Assembly: GCA_040752695.1 (NCBI GenBank)
Contig: JBFMGO010000016.1
Location: forward strand, 6,637-64,097
From: a bacterium
GTDB lineage: Bacteria > SZUA-182 > DTGQ01
Length of the DNA stretch: 57,461 nt
Direction: 5' to 3'
A program made the position numbers and the translations under genes. The notes beneath the pieces are model-generated. The model did not search any database. It was not told where the DNA came from and saw only the letters and a list, made by a program, of their open reading frames with translations. Positions 1-11,097 of the stretch are shown here, in pieces (the stretch's first letter is position 1; every line of letters starts with the position of its first letter).

Positions 1-83
1 CCTTGTCAAGCAAGTAGCACAGTTTATGCTCTTTAGGCCAAAGAACCGGCAGCGGATTGAGCCGCCGCGTAACCTGTATCCCT

Positions 84-865
84 TGTGGATAACTTTTTTC
101 CCTCTTATAGCTGGGTCTTCGCATGGTTCCGTCTGAGGGGTTGGTTTTATATAACTAGTTGAAATAATGAATAAAGTCAGCAGCATTAATTCAGGGCAAA
201 GGTGCTATCCTCATCAATTTTTCAGTAACTTCCACCCTCTCGTTATCGATTTATCCACAGTTTATCCAGAACTGTTGTGGATAGTTTGTCTAACTCGGCA
301 CGGAATCGTTTCTTTTGTCCAAATCCGGGATCATCCTTCCTCGGTTTTTTGGATTCCTGATCTTTCCTGCGCTGTTGTGGATAACTTTCCTATTCTTCCC
401 TTTCTCTCCTCCGGGGAATCCTTAAGGTGGGGAGGTATCTGGTAAATAACTGAAATATCTACCCTATAAAGAAGCATCAATTTGGTGCGGAATTGCTATC
501 CGGGCCTATTTCTCAGTCAGTTCCACCCGCTCCCCCGGCATTTATCCACAATTTATCCATATGAATTGTGGAAAATCTTCCTAACCGCACAGAATATTAT
601 CCCTTTTTTCATACAGACCTCATCGGTGTTCATCCGCCCGTTTGGAAAATCCGTTTGTGGATAACTGCCTCCCGGCCGCAAAGGGCCTTGGAATGCTCCC
701 TGACTGCTGGCAGGGTATTAGTATAACTACTTGAAAAAATGAGCAAACAACAGAGCCCCGATTGAGTGCAGTTTTTCGGTCTTCCCTCATTTTTCAGCAT
801 GTTCCGCACCTGGATTTTCAGTTTATCCCCAGCTTATCCATAGGTCTTTTCGAGAAACTTCATTA
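84..865. promoter_or_regulatory. DnaA-box cluster arranged as three diverged ~285-bp tandem modules with IHF-like sites (candidate oriC or datA/DARS-like locus)
   Basis: Perfect boxes: TGTGGATAA at 84, 376 and 656; TTATCCACA at 251 and 542; TGTGGAAAA at 567. One-mismatch boxes at 262, 276, 553, 823 and 834. IHF-like TAA-N4-(T/C)TGAAA at 152, 443 and 724. Confidence 0.85.
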
Positions 866-989
866 AACTGTTTTTCTATTGAATTTTAAACCCGCCTATG
901 GTATTTTGAGCCAAAAGGATTTTTTGCAGTCAGGAGCTATGTATTTTGGTGAGATAAGAAGCCGCAGAAGACCGATTTTCAATCCATAA

Positions 990-2306
<1,317 letters not shown>

Positions 2307-2369
2307 CCTTTGGATACATAGTCTTAAAAGCGTGTTAACGGGAACATAACGGGCGCGCTCACTATCTTG

Positions 2370-2447
2370 AACACAAAAGGCACAGAGATTGCATGGATAA
2401 ATAGCCATAGTGATGTTTTTTTCTGTGGTTCCTGTGCCTTTTGTGTT
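2370..2447. repeat. 16-bp perfect inverted repeat (REP-like intergenic hairpin)
   Basis: AACACAAAAGGCACAG at 2370-2385 and its reverse complement CTGTGCCTTTTGTGTT at 2432-2447. Confidence 0.75.
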
Positions 2448-2480
2448 TTTATTTTTGCATCTTGCAAAAAATTATGAGAC

Positions 2481-2813
2481 ATGTTTTCAAAATACGTGAC
2501 CAGCTTTCGAAAATGGATACTTCCGGCCCTGGTAGCGGGGCTGGTATTATTTTCCTCCTTCAAGGGGCCTTACAGCCTGTGGAATATGTATCAGTTTCGA
2601 AAACAACGGGATCGCATAAAAAGTGACATCCTTCGGTTGACAGAGGAAAATGAACTTTTACGTCAGGAGATACAAAGGCTGCACTCCGATCCAGAGTGCA
2701 TATCCCGGATAGCCCGTGAAGAACTTGGGCTGGTTAAGCCGGGCGAAATTATTTACCGATATCATCATCAGCAGCTTCAAAAGGGGAAGCGGGAAAAGAA
2801 GGTAAAGAGGTGA
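2481..2813 (+). CDS. ftsB: septum formation initiator FtsB/DivIC
   Basis: N-terminal TM helix, coiled coil and [16 protein letters not shown] motif; conserved position after eno. Confidence 0.9.
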   Translation: MFSKYVTSFRKWILPALVAGLVLFSSFKGPYSLWNMYQFRKQRDRIKSDILRLTEENELLRQEIQRLHSDPECISRIAREELGLVKPGEIIYRYHHQQLQKGKREKKVKR

Positions 2814-3757
2814 CCATGTCAAGAGTATTGATTACCGGCGGAGCAGGTTTTTTAGGATCCCATCTTTGTGATTATTTTCTTCAAAAGGGCTTTGAGGTCA
2901 TCTGCATGGATAACCTTTTGACCGGAGATGTTTCGAACATCGCCCATATTCGCTCGGATAAATTTCTCTTTATCAAGCAAGATGTAACGAACTACATCTA
3001 CCTTGACGGTCCGTTAGACTACATTCTGCATTTTGCCAGTCCGGCCAGCCCGGTCGATTATCAGCAGCTTCCCATTCAAACGCTCAAAGTGGGCTCCTTA
3101 GGTACGCATAAAGCGCTTGGATTGGCCAAGGAGAAGAAGGCAGTGTTTTTGCTGGCTTCGACTTCGGAGGTGTATGGCGACCCGCTTGTTCATCCCCAAA
3201 ATGAAGATTACTGGGGGAATGTCAATCCCATTGGTCCCAGGGGCGTATACGATGAGGCGAAAAGATTTGCCGAGGCCCTGACCATGGCGTATCACCGCTA
3301 TCATGGGGTCGGTACGAGAATTGCCCGGATTTTCAATACCTATGGGCCAAGAATGCGTCTTCATGATGGCAGGGTGGTACCAACATTAATGTATCAGGCC
3401 ATTCAGGAGCGGGATATGACTGTTTTCGGCGATGGAAAGCAAACCCGGAGTTTTTGCTTTGTCGATGATCTTGTTGAAGGAATTTACCGGTTGCTCTTAT
3501 CAGACTGCCAGACGCCGGTCAATATCGGTAATCCTTGTGAGATGACGATCCTGGAATTTATCGAAATACTGAGAAAAGTCACCGGAACAAAAAGCAGACT
3601 CATCTTTCACCCCCTTCCGGTGGACGATCCCAAGGTACGTCAGCCCGATATCCAGAAAGCCCAGCAATTATTAAAATGGAGTCCCCGCTACAGTCTGGAA
3701 GAAGGACTGACCAGGACACTGGAATGGATGCGGACAAAAATCAGCACAACCCAATGA
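2810..3757 (+). CDS. UDP-glucuronate decarboxylase (UXS-like) extended SDR
   Basis: [43 protein letters not shown] and [10 protein letters not shown] motifs. Start may be the ATG at 2816. Confidence 0.92.
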   Translation: MTMSRVLITGGAGFLGSHLCDYFLQKGFEVICMDNLLTGDVSNIAHIRSDKFLFIKQDVTNYIYLDGPLDYILHFASPASPVDYQQLPIQTLKVGSLGTHKALGLAKEKKAVFLLASTSEVYGDPLVHPQNEDYWGNVNPIGPRGVYDEAKRFAEALTMAYHRYHGVGTRIARIFNTYGPRMRLHDGRVVPTLMYQAIQERDMTVFGDGKQTRSFCFVDDLVEGIYRLLLSDCQTPVNIGNPCEMTILEFIEILRKVTGTKSRLIFHPLPVDDPKVRQPDIQKAQQLLKWSPRYSLEEGLTRTLEWMRTKISTTQ

Positions 3758-3769
3758 CAGGGGGAATGA

Positions 3770-4699
3770 ATGAAAGTTTTGGTCACTGGAGGAGCAGGAT
3801 TCATTGGCTCGCAGGTTACGGACAGTCTCATTGAAAAAGGCTATAAGGTAACTGTTGTTGATGACCTTTCAACAGGGAAAAGAACTTTTATCAACCCAAA
3901 GGCCAAATTTTATCATCTGGACATTCGAGACAGCCGGCTCAAGGCCGTCTTTTCGGAAGAGAGGCCGGATATCCTCTGCCACTATGCTGCCCAGGCCAGC
4001 GTGCAAAAATCCGTAGAAGACCCGGTCCATGATGCGGACATCAATATCTTTGGCACCCTTATCCTTTTGAAGCTCGCGCTGTCGCATGGAGCGAAAAAAT
4101 GCATCTTTGCCTCAACCGCAGGTGCCATCTATGGGGAGCAGGAGGCTTTTCCGGCTGACGAAACGCATCCTGCCCGGCCGATCAGCCCCTATGGCGCAGC
4201 CAAACTGGCAGCCGAGAGTTACCTCTACTATTATCACGCTGTCTATGGCCTCGACTATATCGTGCTGCGCTATGCCAGTGTGTACGGCCCCAGGCAGGAC
4301 TCTCTCGCAGAGGCAGGAATGGTCGCCACAATCACCGAGCATATGCTCGGGGGGAAATCTCCCACCGTGAGCGGCGATGGAGAACAGACCCGCGACTTTA
4401 TCTTCATCGATGATGCTGTTGCCGCTAACCTGGCAGCCATCGATTTTTCCGGCAGCGATATTTTCAACATCGGAACAGGCATCGAAACCTCGATCAATCA
4501 GCTTTTCCAGCACATTGCCGACTTAAGCGGGGTTCGTGTGGAGAAAACCAGCGTACCGGCCAAAAAAGGAGAACCGAGAAGAAGCGTTATCAGCCCCGAA
4601 AAAGCTATAAAGGCCCTGCACTGGCAGCCGAAAACTTCACTGCCGGAGGGGCTTCGAAAGACCATTGAATATTTTTCCTCGATCCGCAAAGAAACGTGA
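3770..4699 (+). CDS. NAD-dependent epimerase/dehydratase (UDP-glucose 4-epimerase-like)
   Basis: TGGAGFIGS, catalytic YGAAK and GDGEQTRDFIF motifs. Confidence 0.9.
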   Translation: MKVLVTGGAGFIGSQVTDSLIEKGYKVTVVDDLSTGKRTFINPKAKFYHLDIRDSRLKAVFSEERPDILCHYAAQASVQKSVEDPVHDADINIFGTLILLKLALSHGAKKCIFASTAGAIYGEQEAFPADETHPARPISPYGAAKLAAESYLYYYHAVYGLDYIVLRYASVYGPRQDSLAEAGMVATITEHMLGGKSPTVSGDGEQTRDFIFIDDAVAANLAAIDFSGSDIFNIGTGIETSINQLFQHIADLSGVRVEKTSVPAKKGEPRRSVISPEKAIKALHWQPKTSLPEGLRKTIEYFSSIRKET

Positions 4700-5286
4700 T
4701 AGAATCGCACAAGCGAATACTCAAAAGGAACCATATGGAAAAGAAGCCAAGAATGATCATGACCAAGGAAGATATTCACCATGCCCTTCAGGATATATCC
4801 CAAAAGATCCTGCATTCTCCTGTAGACGATCTGGCTCTCATCGGGATTAAATCGAAAGGGGGAGAATTAGCCAGGAGGATCAACCGCATCATCGAGGAGC
4901 TTACCGGTGTTTCGCTTCCGACCGGTGCCATTGATCCCACACTCTACCGCGATGATCTGAGCGGTTCTTCATATAAACCGGTATTGAAAAAAACGGAAAT
5001 AGATTTTTCTATTGATGATAAATGTATTGTTCTGGTAGACGATGTCCTGCACACCGGCAGAACGATCAGGGCAGCTCTGGACGCTTTGACCGACCTTGGC
5101 CGGCCGAAAGCCATTAAGCTGGCAGTATTGATTGACAGGGGCCACAGGGAACTGCCTATCAGTGCCGATTATGTCGGCTTGATCGTGCATGCCAGGCAGG
5201 ATGAATCCATCAAAATTACGCTGGAGGAAACCGGGGAGGAAGACGGAGTTCTCCTCCTTCCGTTCCCTGAAAAGACCAGATGGTAA
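4696..5286 (+). CDS. pyrR: PyrR pyrimidine regulator / uracil phosphoribosyltransferase
   Basis: TLYRDDL, LVDDVLHTGRTIRAAL and DRGHRELPISADYVG motifs. Likely start is ATG 4735, after AAGGA. Confidence 0.95.
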   Translation: MIESHKRILKRNHMEKKPRMIMTKEDIHHALQDISQKILHSPVDDLALIGIKSKGGELARRINRIIEELTGVSLPTGAIDPTLYRDDLSGSSYKPVLKKTEIDFSIDDKCIVLVDDVLHTGRTIRAALDALTDLGRPKAIKLAVLIDRGHRELPISADYVGLIVHARQDESIKITLEETGEEDGVLLLPFPEKTRW

Positions 5287-5329
5287 ATCAACAGAATAAG
5301 GATAAGAAGGATAAGAAGGATAAAGAAGC

Positions 5330-6256
5330 TTGTTCAAGAGGAAGAATCTGTTAGGTATTCAGGAACTGCACAGGGAGGAAATCTGCTCTATTCTCGATAC
5401 CGCAGAATCCTTCAAGGAAGTGCTTACCAGGCCGATCAAAAAGGTCCCCACGCTTCGCGGGAAGACCGTGATCAATCTTTTCCACGAGCCCAGCACCAGA
5501 ACCCGGACTTCATTTGAAATAGCCGGAAAAAGGCTGAGCGCGGACACGATCAATATATCTCCTTCAACCAGCAGCCTGACCAAAGGAGAGAGCCTGAAAG
5601 ATATGGCCAAAACCCTGGAAGCCATGAATCCGGACATTATCGTGATCAGGCATTCCATGCCCGGCGCGCCGCATCTTTTAGCTCAGGAGGCGAAATTCTC
5701 CGTCATTAACGCCGGCGACGGAGCTCATGAGCACCCGACGCAGGCACTTTTGGATCTTCTCACCATCCGGGAGCATAGGGGGAAGATCGAAGGATTGCAG
5801 GTAGCTATTGTCGGAGACATCCTCCACAGCCGGGTGGCGCGATCGGATATTTTCGCTCTTCTCAAAATGGGGGCAGACGTACGGCTCATCGGACCTCCCA
5901 CCCTTATTCCTCCTTTTATCGAGCGCTTGGGAGTAACGGTGGAGCATCGTCTCGATCGGGGCATCGAGGGATGTGATGTCATCATCCTTCTGAGGATCCA
6001 ACTGGAGAGGCAGAACAAACTGTATTTCCCCTCGATCAGGGAGTACTCGAGACTTTACGGACTGACTTTGGCCAAACTGGCCAGAGCGCGTGAGGACGTT
6101 CTTATCATGCACCCCGGCCCCATCAACCGGGGCGTGGAAATCGACCCGCAGGTGGCAGATGCCCCCTTCTCGCTCATTCTCGACCAGGTAACCAACGGGT
6201 TGGCTGTTCGCATGGCTTTACTCTATCTCATTCTCGGAGGAGGTGACGAAAGTTGA
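5330..6256 (+). CDS. pyrB: aspartate carbamoyltransferase catalytic subunit
   Basis: [26 protein letters not shown] and [12 protein letters not shown] motifs. Confidence 0.98.
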   Translation: MFKRKNLLGIQELHREEICSILDTAESFKEVLTRPIKKVPTLRGKTVINLFHEPSTRTRTSFEIAGKRLSADTINISPSTSSLTKGESLKDMAKTLEAMNPDIIVIRHSMPGAPHLLAQEAKFSVINAGDGAHEHPTQALLDLLTIREHRGKIEGLQVAIVGDILHSRVARSDIFALLKMGADVRLIGPPTLIPPFIERLGVTVEHRLDRGIEGCDVIILLRIQLERQNKLYFPSIREYSRLYGLTLAKLARAREDVLIMHPGPINRGVEIDPQVADAPFSLILDQVTNGLAVRMALLYLILGGGDES

Positions 6257-7530
6257 AAACCCTCATTCAGGGAGGAAGAATGATCGATCCGGCTAACGGA
6301 ATCGATGGCCTTTTTGATCTTTTGATCGAAGAGGGAAAAATCAAAAAAGTAGGAAGAAACATTCCCGCCACCGACGGGGACAGGGTGATCGATGCTCAGG
6401 GGAAACTGGTGATTCCGGGTCTTGTGGACATGCACGTGCATCTTCGCGAGCCGGGCAGGGAAGATAAAGAAACGATTGCCACAGGCTGCAGGGCGGCGGT
6501 AGCCGGAGGCGTTACCTCGCTGGCCTGTATGCCGAATACGACACCGGTGAATGACAATAAGTCCGTGACGGAATTTATCCTGCATAGGGCCAGAGAAATA
6601 GACCTGGTCAATGTATACCCCGTTGGCGCCATTTCAAAGGGCCTTCGGGGGGAAGAGCTGTCGGAAATGGCCGAGCTTCGCGATGCCGGCGTGTGCGCCT
6701 ATTCCGATGACGGAAGGCCGGTCATGAACGCTCTGCTCATGCGGCGGGCTCTGGAATATGCCGGACTCTTCGGGCTCCCCCTCATTTCCCATTGCGAGGA
6801 TCTTTCCCTCAGCGGGGATGGGGTGGTGAACGAGGGGTATATCTCTATGATAACCGGCCTAAAAGGCGTCCCCGCAGCAGCCGAAGTGATTATGGTCGCA
6901 CGGGACATTCTTCTGGCCGGGATGATCAAAAGCCCTGTTCATATTGCCCATGTCAGCACAGCCATCAGCGTGGCCCTGATCCGGCGGGCTAAAAGCGAGG
7001 GTACCCCTGTGAGCGCAGAGGCTGCGCCCCACCATTTCAGCCTGACCGAAGAGATCGTTCAGGATTTCGACACCAATACCAAGGTCAACCCCCCCTTGCG
7101 CACCCAAAGCGACCGGGAAGCCCTGATCGAGGGCCTGCGTGACGGCACCATCGATGTCATTGCCAGTGACCATGCACCGCATACTCTGGCCGAGAAAGAG
7201 CAGGAATATGACCGGGCCCCTTTTGGAATGGTCGGATTGGAAACCATGCTCGCCGTTTCCCTGACCAACCTCTACCACACCGGAAAACTTGACCTCGCGA
7301 CGCTTGTGGCCAGGCTCACGTATCATCCTGCCCGTATTCTGAAGATCCCTGGGGGAACCCTTTCTGTGGGGGCTCCTGCGGATGTGTGCATTGTAGACCC
7401 TGAAAAGAATTATACCGTGGATAGCACTCAGCTTTACTCCAAGGGGAAGAATACGCCTTTTCACGGCCAGAATCTGACCGGAGCTCCAGTCATGACCCTG
7501 CGGGCAGGGAAAGTTGTCTTTCCACAATGA
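6253..7530 (+). CDS. pyrC: dihydroorotase (type I)
   Basis: [21 protein letters not shown] and ASDHAPH motifs; overlaps the pyrB stop. Confidence 0.97.
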   Translation: MKTLIQGGRMIDPANGIDGLFDLLIEEGKIKKVGRNIPATDGDRVIDAQGKLVIPGLVDMHVHLREPGREDKETIATGCRAAVAGGVTSLACMPNTTPVNDNKSVTEFILHRAREIDLVNVYPVGAISKGLRGEELSEMAELRDAGVCAYSDDGRPVMNALLMRRALEYAGLFGLPLISHCEDLSLSGDGVVNEGYISMITGLKGVPAAAEVIMVARDILLAGMIKSPVHIAHVSTAISVALIRRAKSEGTPVSAEAAPHHFSLTEEIVQDFDTNTKVNPPLRTQSDREALIEGLRDGTIDVIASDHAPHTLAEKEQEYDRAPFGMVGLETMLAVSLTNLYHTGKLDLATLVARLTYHPARILKIPGGTLSVGAPADVCIVDPEKNYTVDSTQLYSKGKNTPFHGQNLTGAPVMTLRAGKVVFPQ

Positions 7531-9176
7531 TGAAACAGCATAACAAGCTGAAGACAAATACAAAGAAACCACACAGGCACAGAGGCACAGAGGATATCAC
7601 GGAGAAAAACAAAGGGGCAGTATCCTTGCCTTTTTTTGTTTCTGCCTTCCTCCTGGCAGGCATACTCTTTTCTCTTGCCTCCTGCAGCAGACCGGGGGGC
7701 AGGCAGGGCAGCCGGAGCACGCTGGTGGTCGCCATGGAGGGAAGCCCCGTTACCCTCGACCCCCGCCTGGCTATGGACGCTTACTCCGCCCGCGCCATTT
7801 CGATCCTTTACAACGGGCTTTTAAAAAAAACTCCCGATTTAACCCTGGTCGGGGATCTGGCCGAGCGGTGGGAAATGCCCAACGATACCTCCTATGTCTT
7901 TTTCCTGCGAAAAGGTGTCAAGTTCCATGACGGCACGGACCTGACAGCCCAGGACGTTCAATATACCTTCGAAAGTCTCCTCGATCCCGGATTCCCTTCC
8001 CCGCTCAAGGAGTCTTACAGCAAGATCGCCACAATCGAGGTCCTGTCACCCTACACCGTGAAATTCAAGCTCAAGGAAGTCTTTGCTCCTTTCCTGACCA
8101 ATCTGACCCTCGGCATTATTCCCAAAACTGTCGCCGAGAAACCGGGCAATACCCTCGCCTCCCTTCCTGTAGGCAGCGGTCCTTTCAGACTCACCCGGTG
8201 GGAGCCTGACGAATCGCTGACCTTCGAGGCCTTCGGCCAGTACTTCGAGGGTCGTCCGCAGCTTGAGAGCATTGTCTACCGGATCATCCCCGATGAAACC
8301 ATCAGGCTGCTCGAAGTGAAAACGGGAAATCTGGATCTGGTACAAAACGCTCTTTCCCCGGACGCAATCGAAACCCTTACAGGTAATCCCCGAATCAGGA
8401 TTATCAAAGAGAGGGGAACCAATTACACTTATCTGGGCTTCAATCTGCAAGATCCGGTTCTTAAAAACCAAAAAGTGCGGGCAGCCATTGCCCTGGCCAT
8501 TGACCGGATGATCATCATCCGGCAGTTATTGAAAGGTCTGGCCGAGCCCGCTACGGGTGTTCTCGCTCCCGGCAACTGGGCCTATGAGCCGGATGTCGCT
8601 GCCTATGGCTATGACCCGGAAAGTGCCAAGAGGCTGCTGGATGAGGCCGGATTCCCTGATCCTGACGGCGCCAAAGGGTCTAAAAAGCGCTTTTCCCTGC
8701 TTTTTAAAACCTCTCAGAACGAGCAGAGCAAAAGGATAGCAGAGGTGATTCAGCAAAACCTGGCCGAGGCAGGTATCGGCCTCGAAATCAGAAGCTACGA
8801 ATGGGGCACTTTTTTTTCGGATATCAAATCGGGCAATTTTCAGCTCTACTCACTGCAATGGGTTGGCATAACCGATCCGGACATCTACTATAACCTCTTT
8901 CACTCCTTGAGCGTGCCGCCCGCAGGGGCCAACCGGGGCCGGTACATCAATAAAGACCTCGATCTTCTCCTGGAGGCAGGGCGAAGGACTACGGACCTTA
9001 CGGCCCGGAGGGAAATATACCGTAAGATTCAAAAGGTGGTCGCCTCCGACCTGCCCTATGTCAGTTTGTGGTACCAGACCAATGTGGCAGTCATAAGCAG
9101 CAGAGTAAAAGGGTTTGTTCTTTCCCCGGACGGAAGCTTCATCTCCCTGCGGCAGGTGTCCCTTGCACCCCCTTAA
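7527..9176 (+). CDS. ABC transporter substrate-binding lipoprotein, family 5 (peptide/nickel)
   Basis: Lipobox LASC; LRKGVKFHDG, DVQYTF and GSGPF motifs. True start is uncertain because the 5' end contains a CACAGAGG repeat. Confidence 0.93.
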   Translation: MMKQHNKLKTNTKKPHRHRGTEDITEKNKGAVSLPFFVSAFLLAGILFSLASCSRPGGRQGSRSTLVVAMEGSPVTLDPRLAMDAYSARAISILYNGLLKKTPDLTLVGDLAERWEMPNDTSYVFFLRKGVKFHDGTDLTAQDVQYTFESLLDPGFPSPLKESYSKIATIEVLSPYTVKFKLKEVFAPFLTNLTLGIIPKTVAEKPGNTLASLPVGSGPFRLTRWEPDESLTFEAFGQYFEGRPQLESIVYRIIPDETIRLLEVKTGNLDLVQNALSPDAIETLTGNPRIRIIKERGTNYTYLGFNLQDPVLKNQKVRAAIALAIDRMIIIRQLLKGLAEPATGVLAPGNWAYEPDVAAYGYDPESAKRLLDEAGFPDPDGAKGSKKRFSLLFKTSQNEQSKRIAEVIQQNLAEAGIGLEIRSYEWGTFFSDIKSGNFQLYSLQWVGITDPDIYYNLFHSLSVPPAGANRGRYINKDLDLLLEAGRRTTDLTARREIYRKIQKVVASDLPYVSLWYQTNVAVISSRVKGFVLSPDGSFISLRQVSLAPP

Positions 9177-9214
9177 GAGGTGGTGTAAGGAGATAAGGTG
9201 CATTCGTGATTCGG

Positions 9215-10966
9215 TTATTGTTCGTTGTGATGCATGTTGAGCCAATAGCCGTTGGTTATGGGCATGCGGCGGTCTTTGCCAAAGGCTTTGGGAGTGATTT
9301 TGATGCCGGGAGGTGACTGGCGGCGCTTATATTCATTCCGGTCTACCATGGTGATTACCCGCTTGACCAGTTCCTGGTCATAGCCTGCGGCCACGATTTC
9401 CGATAACGACTCGTCTTTTTCGATGTAGCGCCTCAAAATGGCATCCAAAAGGGGATAGGGAGGGAGCAGGTCCTGGTCTTTCTGGTTGGGAGCAAGTTCG
9501 GCCGTAGGAGGCCGCTCCAGAATCGATTGAGGGATGAGGTCACAGCCTGCTTTTTTGTTGCGGTAGCGGGCCAGACGATAGACCAGGGTCTTAGGCACAT
9601 CCTTGATGAGGGCAAACCCTCCGGCCATATCGCCGTAAATGGTGCAGTACCCCACGCTGGTTTCGCTCTTGTTGCCGGTAGTGATCACCAGCCAGCCGAA
9701 TTTATTCGACAGGGCCATCAAAAGATTCCCCCTGATTCTGGCCTGCAGATTTTCCTCGGTAATATCAGACTGAAGACCCTTGAAGGTTTCCTCTAAGGTG
9801 TGCATATAGGCCGCATGGATGTCCTGGATGGGCAGCCACAGATGCCGGATGTGCAGGTTATCGGCTACCCGCTGTGCGTCTTTTTGCGTCTCGTTCGAAG
9901 AAAACTGTGAAGGCATGATCACGCCGATCACGTTTTCGCTTCCCAGAGCGTCCACGGCTATAGCTGCGGTGAGAGCAGAATCGACGCCCCCGCTCAAGCC
10001 GATGGCCACTTTTTGAAAGTTATTTTTCCGCACATAGTCCGCAGTGCCCAAAAGCAGGGCCTGATAGACTTCGGCCAGGGGGGAAAGATAGACGGGTTTT
10101 GGAAGGGTCGAGGGGACGGGCTTTTCAGGGAGCGTATGCGGTATAAAGAGCCTTTGAACCGGATAGTTTCCCTCTTCCTTCTGCTGCTCGGGCTGCTCCT
10201 GTTGATTTTTGCGGGTTTTAGCCAGCGTATCCACGTCCAGGTCCACCACCAGCAGATCCTCCTGAAAGGACTTGCCCAGTGCCAGGAGGCGGCCTTTGGA
10301 ATCGAGAACAAAGCTGTGGCCGTCAAAAACCAGCTCATCCTGCCCGCCTACCACATTGGTGTAAGCCAGAAAAACCTGATTCTCTCTGGCCAGTTTTCCG
10401 AATAATCGCTCTCGCATGTGCATCTTGCCCTGGTGATAAGGGGAAGAGGAGATATTGACGACCAGATCAGCCCCTTTAAGGCTCAACTGCCGGATGATAT
10501 CCGGGTACCAGAGGTCCTCGCAGACCGTAATCCCGATGGTGATATCGGCCAGTTCCACCAGGCAGCAGCGGTCTCCGGGGTGAAAGTAGCGGTTTTCATC
10601 GAATACCCCATAATTGGGCAGGTGGATTTTGTGATAGATTCCTCTGATGTGCTGCTGGTGAAGGAGGGCTGCTGCATTATAGATCCTGCCTTCCGGTCCC
10701 CGGTCGGCAAATCCCACGCAGGCAACAAGGGACGAATCCACGGCATCTGTGATCAGATGCAGAACGTTCAGGTTTTCCTGAATGAAGGAGGGTTTCAGCA
10801 GTAAATCCTCAGGTGGATAGCCGCAAATACAAAGCTCTGGGAAGGTTAAAAGATCCGCGCCCGCTTCTTTGGCCAGGGCAAGGTACCGTAAAATTTTCCG
10901 CATGTTGCCTTCCAGATCTCCCACCAGCGGATTCATCTGAGCCAGAGCCAGACGCAGGATGCACAT
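9215..10966 (-). CDS. nadE: glutamine-dependent NAD+ synthetase
   Basis: Nitrilase domain with E-K-C triad (FPEL, KIHLPNYGVFDE, VCEDLW) plus synthetase motifs GLSGGVDS, ENLQARIRG and TGNKSE. Confidence 0.97.
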   Translation of the reverse strand: MCILRLALAQMNPLVGDLEGNMRKILRYLALAKEAGADLLTFPELCICGYPPEDLLLKPSFIQENLNVLHLITDAVDSSLVACVGFADRGPEGRIYNAAALLHQQHIRGIYHKIHLPNYGVFDENRYFHPGDRCCLVELADITIGITVCEDLWYPDIIRQLSLKGADLVVNISSSPYHQGKMHMRERLFGKLARENQVFLAYTNVVGGQDELVFDGHSFVLDSKGRLLALGKSFQEDLLVVDLDVDTLAKTRKNQQEQPEQQKEEGNYPVQRLFIPHTLPEKPVPSTLPKPVYLSPLAEVYQALLLGTADYVRKNNFQKVAIGLSGGVDSALTAAIAVDALGSENVIGVIMPSQFSSNETQKDAQRVADNLHIRHLWLPIQDIHAAYMHTLEETFKGLQSDITEENLQARIRGNLLMALSNKFGWLVITTGNKSETSVGYCTIYGDMAGGFALIKDVPKTLVYRLARYRNKKAGCDLIPQSILERPPTAELAPNQKDQDLLPPYPLLDAILRRYIEKDESLSEIVAAGYDQELVKRVITMVDRNEYKRRQSPPGIKITPKAFGKDRRMPITNGYWLNMHHNEQ

Positions 10967-11097
10967 TCTTTGTCTCCTTCATTTTGGGTTTCCTTCTTCT
11001 TTTTCCTCCTGATTTTACCCTGGACTGCCTGTTTTGGGCAAGCTTTTTTCTTCTAAAAAAGGCGCGTGACAGCGATTCTTTTCATCAAGAAACATGA

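Noticed and set aside
167..664. Two similar small ORFs (167-445 and 482-664) that look like paralogous peptides
   Set aside because: Their similarity (LSTVYP/LSTIYP, LW) is the translation of the repeated DnaA boxes. They lack convincing RBSs and are better explained as non-coding modules.
84..865. CRISPR array or plasmid iterons
   Set aside because: The period is ~285 bp with only short conserved motifs matching the DnaA consensus; there are no 25-40-nt identical repeats and no cas or rep gene.
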